Source: a virus (taxonomy: Duplodnaviria > Caudoviricetes). Taken from it: a DNA stretch of 35,055 bases. The notes beneath the pieces were generated by a model that was not told the origin of the DNA, did no database searches, and worked only from the letters and a program-made list of their open reading frames with translations. Numbering within the stretch: position 1 is the first letter of the stretch; every line of letters begins with the position of its first letter. The stretch spans positions 1-35,055 of IMG/VR virus record IMGVR_UViG_3300037458_000426. One strand, given 5' to 3'. The position numbers were made by a program, and so were the translations under genes. Positions 8,348 through 15,875 of the stretch are shown in pieces.

Positions 8348-9096
8348 GCCATGGTTCCTCCGTCGAAGCCGTCAAACGCTCCGGTGTTCTCTGGTCCGGA
8401 AGAGGCGACTTCCGTGGATCCTGTCGGGTCTTTTGCCCCTGCTGTCTTGGAGTAGGCGATCTTCGCGCAGTTCACAAAGCGAGATCCGCCCGGGTTTTGG
8501 TAGATGTCAGCGTTCGGGGTGTGGGTCTGCTGGTTCGTAACCCCGCCTGAGGTCTGCTTGTAGTTGAACGAAGCGTGCTTCGCACTCTGCGAAGCCGCGG
8601 CGACCTTTGTCGGGTTTTTGTATTTGTTCTGCGCCGACTTCGACTCCACAGCCTCGTCAGCCGTTGCGGACCAAGAAGCTATGTAGGCTGGCTTGTTGTC
8701 GTCGGGCTCTTCAGAACCGTCCTGGTTCTTTTTGTTTTCCCGGACCGTGGTTTTCTTCTCAGCCTTCTTATCGGACGGCGGCTTGTACTTGTTTGACCAA
8801 AGGGATGAGGTGATGAAGCTCATGGGGCCAACATCGCCACCAAGGTTCACCATCACAACCTGCTCATCTTTGGACGGGGGTTCCCACTTGTTGATCTCAC
8901 CAGCCCGTCCCGGGCTCCACGGGATCCAACCCGAAAGAACATCCTGATCCTGCTCATCGAGAGCATAGGCCACCTTGATCATGGCCTTCTTGGTATCAAC
9001 CTCTACAACCCGGGCTGGGCGGATAAGATTGTTGATGCGCCGTTCGGCTTCATAGAGCCTACGCGCCAACTCGATGACCATCGTCGGGAGATGCAT
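8344..9096 (-). CDS. Baseplate spike protein V (gpV/gp45-like)
   Basis: E.ERRINNLIR...V.EVD...SGWIPW...RAG....W.PPS..EQV OB-fold N-terminus; start probably ATG 9096. Confidence 0.85.
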   Translation of the reverse strand: MHLPTMVIELARRLYEAERRINNLIRPARVVEVDTKKAMIKVAYALDEQDQDVLSGWIPWSPGRAGEINKWEPPSKDEQVVMVNLGGDVGPMSFITSSLWSNKYKPPSDKKAEKKTTVRENKKNQDGSEEPDDNKPAYIASWSATADEAVESKSAQNKYKNPTKVAAASQSAKHASFNYKQTSGGVTNQQTHTPNADIYQNPGGSRFVNCAKIAYSKTAGAKDPTGSTEVASSGPENTGAFDGFDGGTMA

Positions 9097-9097
9097 G

Positions 9098-9238
9098 TCA
9101 CATTCCAAACTGAAGCAGTACCTGAAGGCCAGCTAAGACCATCAGCATATAGCGCAGCATCTTCTGGGCCAGAGGGTCCTCAATCTCTTTGGCGAGGCGC
9201 TCAAGCACAAGCTTTATGGCTGCAAATTTCTCTTTCAC
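9098..9238 (-). CDS. Small membrane protein (46 aa)
   Basis: Not in track. GTG overlaps the upstream TGA, GAGGA RBS; MKEKFAAIKLVLERLAKEIEDPLAQKMLRYMLMVLAGLQVLLQFGM. Confidence 0.6.
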   Translation of the reverse strand: MKEKFAAIKLVLERLAKEIEDPLAQKMLRYMLMVLAGLQVLLQFGM

Positions 9239-9879
9239 AGCGTCTCGTCCTCATCTGGGTGCGGACCACTCTCAGCGAAATCCTCTGGGAGGTCAGGAGT
9301 GATGACATTGGGCACCGCCAGGTTGGACGACGCGTTGCCCTGAATGTTCGCGGGCCATCCAGCCTCAAGAACCTCAGGATCGTAGAAGTCTGGGTAGAGC
9401 CCAGCCTCGTCAATGTCATGCCGTGACCGGCCGATCTGGATCTCTTGATCGAATGTGATCGCCACAAGAGCAGAGCCGATCTTGTCGACGGCCTCTGAGT
9501 AGATAGGCTCAATGTCCGTCACTTTGGCAGCCGCGGCCCATTCAATGCCGAACCGGTTCATGTCAATGAAGTCTGCCGTCTTTTCAGCAAGGTCGATGGC
9601 CGGGCCATAGGCCTCGTTCTGGTACGGGTCCTTGTGCAGGATGAAGACAGACATTGTGGCCGGGCCGATGAGCTGGCCGACGTTGTTTCTTGTGATGTTC
9701 CTCATGCCGAGGAACGAGACGCGAGCCGCAGGTGTGACAATCGTGAAGCGCTCAATGGTTTCCACCCCGAAGGAGCCCACATGGGGGCGAACATCGCGGA
9801 AATCCGGGACACCGATCTTAATCTGGTCTGCAACGATCTGCCGGAACTTGGTCAGTCGCAGTTCAAGCTCTATAGCCAT
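9235..9879 (-). CDS. Tail terminator/neck protein (Mu gp37-like)
   Basis: V.PH.G.F....I.R....PA.RV.FLG pattern; position after the virion morphogenesis gene. Confidence 0.65.
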   Translation of the reverse strand: MAIELELRLTKFRQIVADQIKIGVPDFRDVRPHVGSFGVETIERFTIVTPAARVSFLGMRNITRNNVGQLIGPATMSVFILHKDPYQNEAYGPAIDLAEKTADFIDMNRFGIEWAAAAKVTDIEPIYSEAVDKIGSALVAITFDQEIQIGRSRHDIDEAGLYPDFYDPEVLEAGWPANIQGNASSNLAVPNVITPDLPEDFAESGPHPDEDETL

Positions 9880-10346
9880 CCGAACCCTCTGCGCCAGTAC
9901 CAGTCTGTCATTCGCCAGACCTGAGCGACGTTCGCCGGAGAGAGACCCATGAATTCACGGGAAGGAAGAATGACGGACGTCTTGTGATACCAGCGCCCGT
10001 GGATCTCAAACCACATATTGCCGCTCATGCGGCCACCATTGTTCTGGATCCTGGCATAGTGAACGCCAGGACGAACGGTCGTCATAAAGAGAGAAGATCT
10101 CGCATTGATGCTGTTGACGAGGGCCCCGCTCAGAACGAGTGTCGGGTTGCCGCGGATGTTTGGTTTCCACGCCTCGCCATCGGGAGAGGTCTTCTCAGAC
10201 CTGATGCGGTGTTTAACTTGGCTTTCAATCAGCTTACCGACTGCTGGCATCATGCCCAGAACACCGCTGCGCATAACTGCCTGCGCGCGGTTGAGCTTCT
10301 GGACGATAAGAGCAACGTCGCCGCGGTCGATATGGACTGAGAACAT
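9870..10346 (-). CDS. Phage virion morphogenesis/tail completion protein (Mu gpG / P2 gpS-like)
   Basis: R..SEKTSPDGEAWKP...L..SG.L..SI...YARIQN.GG...LPSREFMGLS. Confidence 0.88.
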   Translation of the reverse strand: MFSVHIDRGDVALIVQKLNRAQAVMRSGVLGMMPAVGKLIESQVKHRIRSEKTSPDGEAWKPNIRGNPTLVLSGALVNSINARSSLFMTTVRPGVHYARIQNNGGRMSGNMWFEIHGRWYHKTSVILPSREFMGLSPANVAQVWRMTDWYWRRGFGWL

Positions 10347-10762
10347 TAGCCACGCTTCGCGCTGATGACGCGCGCCCCTGTTCCTGCGCCCTGTGTCGGA
10401 TCATCCCCGCCGCCGCCATCCCCGGTATCGGGGAGTTCGAATTTCCCGTCAGCAACCGATCTCAGGTAACTGATGGCGTCTGTATAGCGGAGGCGCATTT
10501 CTTCGGTTCGCGGGCCAACGTCGAGCGCCAGTCGATAGACGGCGATGTCGACGCAGACCATCTTGATGTACGGCGGGGGAGTCTCGAGCGGAACCGTGTA
10601 TCTGACGCCAAGGTAGGTGTCGATTTCGTCTGAAGCAGCCTGAAGGGCTGCCTCTACAGCCTCGTAGCTTTTCCGTCCGCTACCGTCGCGACTTGCCACC
10701 GCATCAAGGACGGCGTCGCCGTAAATGATCGTGATGTCAGCTTGGGTAGCGTAGGCGGGCAT
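10346..10762 (-). CDS. Head-tail adaptor (Mu gp36/gp436-like)
   Basis: YATQADI...AL..AS.EID.YL..RY.VPL...P....CVDIA.YRL...RY.DAI.YL..VA.GK. Confidence 0.9.
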   Translation of the reverse strand: MPAYATQADITIIYGDAVLDAVASRDGSGRKSYEAVEAALQAASDEIDTYLGVRYTVPLETPPPYIKMVCVDIAVYRLALDVGPRTEEMRLRYTDAISYLRSVADGKFELPDTGDGGGGDDPTQGAGTGARVISAKRG

Positions 10763-10763
10763 C

Positions 10764-11138
10764 TCACTTCACCTTTTCTTTGTAGAGCTCGATGAGACGG
10801 CCACGCGCTGTGGTCTTCGGAACTTCGAAGCCCTTGGCTTCGAGAGCATCACGAAGCTCTTTGTTCTCAAGCGTCTCAGGGTCGACTTCCCCGATGGCTT
10901 CATTGAGAAGCTCGGTCGAGGCTTCGATCTGATTGACGATGTCGTTGAGCTTGGACTCGGCTTCGAGCTTCTTGAGCTCTGCATCGATGTCATCTTCGCT
11001 CAACTCGACAGGCTCAGGAGGAAGCCCCTGGAATGCGCGCCAACGCTGTGCGTTGAGCGATGCCCGCGCTTCTTTCTCCTGCTTGCGGACAAGCGCCGCA
11101 GCCCGGCGATTGCGCCAGCCTTTGGGATTGGAAATCAT
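10764..11138 (-). CDS. Hypothetical head-associated protein (124 aa) with small helical C-terminal domain
   Basis: Start moved to ATG 11138 after a GAGGT RBS; C-terminal ELRDALEAKG.....T.R..LIEL (HeH/Rho-N-like). Confidence 0.65.
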   Translation of the reverse strand: MISNPKGWRNRRAAALVRKQEKEARASLNAQRWRAFQGLPPEPVELSEDDIDAELKKLEAESKLNDIVNQIEASTELLNEAIGEVDPETLENKELRDALEAKGFEVPKTTARGRLIELYKEKVK

Positions 11139-11147
11139 TAGTACCTC

Positions 11148-11636
11148 TTGACGGATGTGTATCCCCAGCGTAAGCAGCTGCGCATGCGCAAACTGCCTAC
11201 AGACTCCGTCCTCGACAGCTTCATGAAAAAGGTCCGAGTTGATCCGGACACTGAGTGCTGGGAATGGATTGCGGCCTACAATGAAGCCGGATACGGCGTT
11301 TTTTGGGACGGCCAGAGTGTTGGCTTGGCCCACCGCTTCTCCTACAAGGAGAGGAACGGAACATGCCCTAACACGCTAGATCACAAGTGTCGCAACAGAC
11401 GCTGCGTCAATCCGGAACACCTGCGCCCTATGTCTCGCGGCGACAACGTGATGATCGGTGACACCATCGCAGCCAGAAATAAGGCGAAGACGCATTGCAA
11501 ACGTGGGCACCCGCTCACCCAAGAGAATTGCAGGGCTTCTCTGTGGCCAAAGCACCGAGTCTGCCGCATTTGTTACAACGCAGCAAAGAATGAGTGCAGA
11601 TACAGGCGGGGCACCAGAAAGCGCCCCGCCTGCTGA
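11148..11636 (+). CDS. HNH homing endonuclease (antisense to the late operon)
   Basis: CWEW...GYG.F...AHRFSY...LDHKCRNRRCVNPEHL...N, plus a C-terminal KTHCKRGH...N...CRIC Zn-knuckle; start may be ATG 11184. Confidence 0.9.
   Translation: MTDVYPQRKQLRMRKLPTDSVLDSFMKKVRVDPDTECWEWIAAYNEAGYGVFWDGQSVGLAHRFSYKERNGTCPNTLDHKCRNRRCVNPEHLRPMSRGDNVMIGDTIAARNKAKTHCKRGHPLTQENCRASLWPKHRVCRICYNAAKNECRYRRGTRKRPAC
11602..11633 (-). terminator. GC-rich hairpin downstream of the capsid gene (terminator or mRNA-stabilising stem)
   Basis: CAGGCGGGGC 11603-11612 / GCCCCGCCTG 11623-11632 inverted repeat; weak U-tract. Confidence 0.5.
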
Positions 11637-11672
11637 TAGGCTATCTGTCCATATCAACCAGATGTATTCACA

Positions 11673-12644
11673 TTAGGTCTGGTTGAGGTTATGCTTGAAA
11701 GCCACGATCTTCACATTTTTTGGTTCCCACACGCGAGCCCAGTTCGTGGTCGTCGCGAGTTCGGCGTTCGTCGCTGTCGGACCAGTCGGCGTGCCCTGCC
11801 ACTTCACGCCACGCGGATGCATGACGAAGTGCTTGCGGTTGACGATGTAGTCGGTACCGCCGCCCTGCAGGGGCTCGCGGCCAACTTCGACCGGGGTCTT
11901 CGTCGGGGCCTGAGCAAAACCAACAGAGCCGTTGCCGAAGATGTAGGTCGTGTAGTTGACAGGGGTCGAACCATCCTTCGGAGCCGTGTCGTCGACCAGA
12001 ACGTAGTGACCCATCCAGGTCGGGATCGGCATGCCGCCGTCAGAGGGCTTGATGTAGTCAATGAGGTCAAGGCCCTTCATGACGCGATAGGTATCCGAGT
12101 GAACGAGGATACCAGCCAGCGTGTCCTGATGGTCGCCGAGCTTGGCGATGGCATCGAGGAACGAGTCGGCGTCGAAGTTCTGCGCAGCACCGGACAGGCC
12201 GGTGATGTCGAGCACGTTGCCAGCCATCGAAGCAGCACCCATCGCGCCTTCCAGCGTCTTGAGGAGAACTGTCTGCTCCTGGCGGGCCCACCACTCAGCG
12301 AAGAGGGTTGCGATAGCCGCCATCGGGTCGGCGCCGGAAAGGTCGGCCGACAGGTCGGTTGCACCGAACACCTTCGCACGGTACAGCTTGGCTGCAACGT
12401 CCTGAGAGGTCGTGATGTTGTTGATCGTCAGGTTCTGAGTGTCGTCAACGACATCATCGGTGCCTGTCAGATCCTTGAAGAAGGGCATGTTGACAGTCGT
12501 GCCGCCGAGCTTGTCGCCAAGCAGTTCAGACATGTCTTCAACGATCCCGGACTGGCGCAGCCGAGAGAGCTGGGCCGTACGCTCGATAACATAGTTGTTA
12601 AAGAGCTCGGGGATGATCATGTTCGACAACCGAGTTTCGGCCAT
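11673..12644 (-). CDS. Major capsid protein
   Basis: TRLSNMIIPELF..YV...QSG...G.T.NMPF..DL.G...DPM.AI...HPRG.KW...NW.RV...K; AGGAGA RBS; follows the scaffold gene. Confidence 0.92.
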   Translation of the reverse strand: MAETRLSNMIIPELFNNYVIERTAQLSRLRQSGIVEDMSELLGDKLGGTTVNMPFFKDLTGTDDVVDDTQNLTINNITTSQDVAAKLYRAKVFGATDLSADLSGADPMAAIATLFAEWWARQEQTVLLKTLEGAMGAASMAGNVLDITGLSGAAQNFDADSFLDAIAKLGDHQDTLAGILVHSDTYRVMKGLDLIDYIKPSDGGMPIPTWMGHYVLVDDTAPKDGSTPVNYTTYIFGNGSVGFAQAPTKTPVEVGREPLQGGGTDYIVNRKHFVMHPRGVKWQGTPTGPTATNAELATTTNWARVWEPKNVKIVAFKHNLNQT

Positions 12645-12673
12645 CAAAAGTCTCCTGAATTAATTGAGGGGCG

Positions 12674-13489
12674 TTAAGCGCCAGCCTGCTGTCGGAGCTT
12701 GTTGGCGAGTGCGGGGTTCTCCCGTGTCACTCGCATCTGCTCAGTCAGGTTGATGCTGCCTTTTGCCCATGGATTGTTCTGCGGAGCTCCGCTGCCGCCA
12801 GCGCTGCCGTTCGGCCTCGAACCGGAACCCGATGTGCCAGTGCCCTCGAACAGCGCGCTAAAGTCCGGATCGGCTTTCAGCTCCTGCACGAGTTCGCGAA
12901 TGCCCATGTCCTTGCCGTCTTTGGTAAGGCGAACCTCACCATCCTCATCGAGGACCCGGACGGCGTACTGACCGTTCTCCTTGACGAACGAGAGCTTGTT
13001 GAGCACGTAGGGAAGAAGAGGCTTGATCTTGCCCTTCTCCTCAGCGAGGGCCGCTTTCGCAGCGGACTCCATGAGGTGAGACTTCAGGGTGCTCTCCATC
13101 GCGGCGAGCTCCTGATCCTTCTTGGCAAGTGCCTCTTGCGAGGCTTTCTCAAGTTCCTTCTTAATCTTTTCGATCTTGCCAGCGCTGTCGCCCTTTTCAT
13201 CGATCAGCTTCTGGAGCTTATCGATCTCTTCGGCGTGCTTGGCTTCAATCGTGGAGAGCTTTTCCTTGACCTCTTCCGGAGAACCTCCAAGGTCGGCCCA
13301 GGCCTTCGCATCGCGCGAAGCATCCTTGGCGCGGGAGCGCTCCTTCTCAATGGTCTTTGCGAGCTTGTCGATCTTCGAGAAGAGATCATCTTCAAGCTTA
13401 AACTCACCGTCGTCTTCAACGTAAAGCGCACGGTATTTTTCGGGGACAGAGTTCAGATCTGCCACCGTCAAGGGAAATTCAAAAGGCAT
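12674..13489 (-). CDS. Capsid scaffolding protein
   Basis: Charged coiled-coil; L.SVPE.YRALY.E N-terminus; LF...SGSG...NPW...NLTEQ C-terminus; immediately upstream of the capsid gene. Confidence 0.85.
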   Translation of the reverse strand: MPFEFPLTVADLNSVPEKYRALYVEDDGEFKLEDDLFSKIDKLAKTIEKERSRAKDASRDAKAWADLGGSPEEVKEKLSTIEAKHAEEIDKLQKLIDEKGDSAGKIEKIKKELEKASQEALAKKDQELAAMESTLKSHLMESAAKAALAEEKGKIKPLLPYVLNKLSFVKENGQYAVRVLDEDGEVRLTKDGKDMGIRELVQELKADPDFSALFEGTGTSGSGSRPNGSAGGSGAPQNNPWAKGSINLTEQMRVTRENPALANKLRQQAGA

Positions 13490-13507
13490 GGGTTATCGTT
13501 ACCTCTA

Positions 13508-13597
13508 CGGGCTTCGCGCCCGCGGTTCGCCGCTGGCCTCGCGCCAGCAACACTTGGTTGAAAGAGAGGACCTGGCTGCCCATCGCAGGCGGTCAGG
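13508..13597 (-). promoter_or_regulatory. Tandem hairpins with GCGAN loops upstream of the scaffold RBS
   Basis: CGGGC-GCGAA-GCCCG, GCTGGC-GCGAG-GCCAGC and an imperfect stem with a GCGAT loop on the mRNA strand. Confidence 0.5.
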
Positions 13598-13645
13598 ATT
13601 TGCAGTGGGGGGTATTAAGGACTTGCGGAAACCGCAGAACGTCCG

Positions 13646-14059
13646 TTAGGTGGTCAGTGTGCCGTTGTGGTACAAAATCGTCCACTTGGCGCCCGTCCAT
13701 TCGAGAAGAGCGTAGTCACCAGCAGCGTCGAGCGTAAAGGCCGTGGCGCCGCCGGGGGTCATGCCAACGATCAAACCTTCTTCGACGTTGGTGACTGCAA
13801 TCCCAATCTTGTCGGATGCATGGGTCCGGGTCAGGAACCAGAGCAGCTTGCGCTGGCCAGGGTATTCGCCGGACGGCATCGTAACCGTCTCGGTTCCTGC
13901 GGAACCGGACGAGACGAGATTGGTTCTATATTCTGTAAGTGTCATAGCCGTAGGGGCTACACCGGTTGTGACGGTGTCAGCCATAGGCACGGTCCTGAGG
14001 TAGTCCGTGTCGAGTTCGTCCGGGCGGCCCCAGAGCAAACCGGATAGACCAAATTTCAT
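13646..14059 (-). CDS. Fibre-type beta-domain protein
   Basis: T.T.P.G...GQ.K...FTLDAAGD...L.W.G.KW.I resembles phage fibre repeat domains. Confidence 0.55.
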   Translation of the reverse strand: MKFGLSGLLWGRPDELDTDYLRTVPMADTVTTGVAPTAMTLTEYRTNLVSSGSAGTETVTMPSGEYPGQRKLLWFLTRTHASDKIGIAVTNVEEGLIVGMTPGGATAFTLDAAGDYALLEWTGAKWTILYHNGTLTT

Positions 14060-14250
14060 TCAATGATCTCCGCTAGAAAGCCCATCGGGGCCTTCTCGGA
14101 CCGATGGATCTCATTGCCTTCATGGTCGAGCAGCCCGGTAAAGACATACTCGTCGCTGTCATAGACGGTGAGGTCCTTCACCATGGGAAGACTGTCGTCA
14201 TCCCAATCCTCAACGTCGAATGCTTTTGGCTTCATCACGACGTAACGCAT
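14056..14250 (-). CDS. Hypothetical protein (64 aa)
   Basis: GAGGT RBS; ATGA coupling to the next gene. Confidence 0.6.
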   Translation of the reverse strand: MRYVVMKPKAFDVEDWDDDSLPMVKDLTVYDSDEYVFTGLLDHEGNEIHRSEKAPMGFLAEIIE

Positions 14251-14267
14251 GCGAAACCTCTCGGAGG

Positions 14268-14567
14268 TTACGGGTTAGGATTTGCGTTGTTCGCGATCAG
14301 CTGAAAACTGCCATCCTGCGCGGCCACATGGTCGGAAGTGTAGGCGTGCCACTCGACTGGGCCTGGGTCTGCTACATGGCTCTTCCAAGACGCGGTGAAG
14401 ACACCCTCACCCTCGGAAGTCATGTTGATGGTTTCAGTTTGTCTGGCGCCGCCAGTTAGGAACGAAATGCGCAGCATAGCTGCAGTCGGCGCCATTGGCT
14501 GTCGGTTGATATCAAGGAAAGTGACTTCAAAGAAGATTTCATTCCCGCGTGCTATATAGAGGCTCAT
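14268..14567 (-). CDS. Ig-like single-domain virion protein
   Basis: G......VTF.D....P...G.F...W....PG...W....G.F pattern of Ig-like adaptor domains. Confidence 0.55.
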   Translation of the reverse strand: MSLYIARGNEIFFEVTFLDINRQPMAPTAAMLRISFLTGGARQTETINMTSEGEGVFTASWKSHVADPGPVEWHAYTSDHVAAQDGSFQLIANNANPNP

Positions 14568-14568
14568 G

Positions 14569-15357
14569 TCAGACTATCCGAACCTCCGTTTCTGGGGCCG
14601 TCACTTTCGCTGTAACAATGCTGCCCCTTACTTGGGCGCTTGCGCCATTTGGCGTGACATTTGCTTCAACAAACGAGCTCTTGACGGAGACCTTGGTACG
14701 GCTTGCCGCCACCTTGGTCTTGATGAGATCTGACGGATTGCTCCACCCGCACTGGACGCAAGAGATCCATGCCTCAGCGCTGGGAGCGCTGAGCTTAGCC
14801 AGGCCAAGTCCACTCTTGATGGACACCTTGGCATCGGTTGGGACAATCTTTGTCTGGACAATCGTGCGCCCAATGGAGGCCAACGTGATGTTAGCCATCA
14901 CCTTGGTCTGGACAAACTCTGCCGGGTTGCCCCAGCCGCACTTGAGGGTCGAGCTGGCGACCATCCTGCAACTGAAGGCGTAGATCTTATTGGCCTCAGC
15001 TACGAGAGCTGAGTTCGCCACCAGATCAGCAGATCTTACCCACTGCGCATCCCACGAGCTTGACATACTCGAGAGCGCAGCAAGAGAAGCAGCAGCACTT
15101 CTGTTGCGGGCTGCTGTGGCTGACGCTGTCGCAGAGGCCTCAAGGGTCGCTTCTGCGAACCTTCCGACAAGCGCATTGCACGTCAGAGATGCAGAAACAG
15201 ATAGCGCCGCGGACCTGCCGCGGACCCTAGACGCTGATACGGTAACCGTAGCGGCTGTTGCCAGCGTTGCGGTTCCGTACTTGACTGAAGCTTCCTCGGC
15301 CCACGCTCCAGTAGACCATGTCCCGGGAGCCCATGAACCAGGAAGCCAAGCTGTCAT
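14569..15357 (-). CDS. Ala/Ser/Thr-rich repeat virion protein
   Basis: W-x4 repeats at the N-terminus, six ~20-aa alternating beta repeats, duplicated CGW.NP.....TKV. Confidence 0.6.
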   Translation of the reverse strand: MTAWLPGSWAPGTWSTGAWAEEASVKYGTATLATAATVTVSASRVRGRSAALSVSASLTCNALVGRFAEATLEASATASATAARNRSAAASLAALSSMSSSWDAQWVRSADLVANSALVAEANKIYAFSCRMVASSTLKCGWGNPAEFVQTKVMANITLASIGRTIVQTKIVPTDAKVSIKSGLGLAKLSAPSAEAWISCVQCGWSNPSDLIKTKVAASRTKVSVKSSFVEANVTPNGASAQVRGSIVTAKVTAPETEVRIV

Positions 15358-15866
15358 GTCGGCCCCCAGCTATCGCCGGACACGCCGGTCCCTTTGAGCT
15401 GCCGGTTATTGACCTGCTCGACGTTGACCGGGATCGGCGTACCGCTTTCGAGGCTCGACCGAACCGCCGTCGCAATCTCGGACGGCGTCGGGCCGCTGCC
15501 GGTTGCCACCGTTTGCGTCAAGGACGACACGGAGCGGGTAATCAGGACGTTGAAGGCCCCGAGCGTCGGGGTAAACACCGGCAGCGCCGGGTTCTCGCCG
15601 TATAGGTTGCCCGAGACCGTCAACTCGTGGTTCGCCTCTTGCGGGCGGATTTGCCAGCCGTCGACGTTGTTCAAGAAGTAGTAATCGCCCGCCGCAACGC
15701 CGCCGCCCAAAGGGTCGCCGCCGATGGTGCGGAAGGCCGGTGGGAAAGACGCGTTCCCGGCCGCGACCCATTCCTTCCACTTGGAGTAAAGGTCGGACGC
15801 GGCAAAGGCCGTCGTCCCGAGGGTCAAGACGATCAGCCGGTTTGCGCCGTCGAATTGATAGCCCAC
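15354..15866 (-). CDS. Virion structural protein (170 aa)
   Basis: FDG..R.I.L...DLYS.WKEW...FP.AF..GG...F..GW; homologous to the N-terminus of 18487-19938. Confidence 0.65.
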   Translation of the reverse strand: MGYQFDGANRLIVLTLGTTAFAASDLYSKWKEWVAAGNASFPPAFRTIGGDPLGGGVAAGDYYFLNNVDGWQIRPQEANHELTVSGNLYGENPALPVFTPTLGAFNVLITRSVSSLTQTVATGSGPTPSEIATAVRSSLESGTPIPVNVEQVNNRQLKGTGVSGDSWGPT

Positions 15867-15875
15867 GGGTCAACC

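Noticed and set aside
11139-11333. N-terminal extension of ORF 10764-11333
   Set aside because: Overlaps the HNH gene on the opposite strand; the RBS supports ATG 11138
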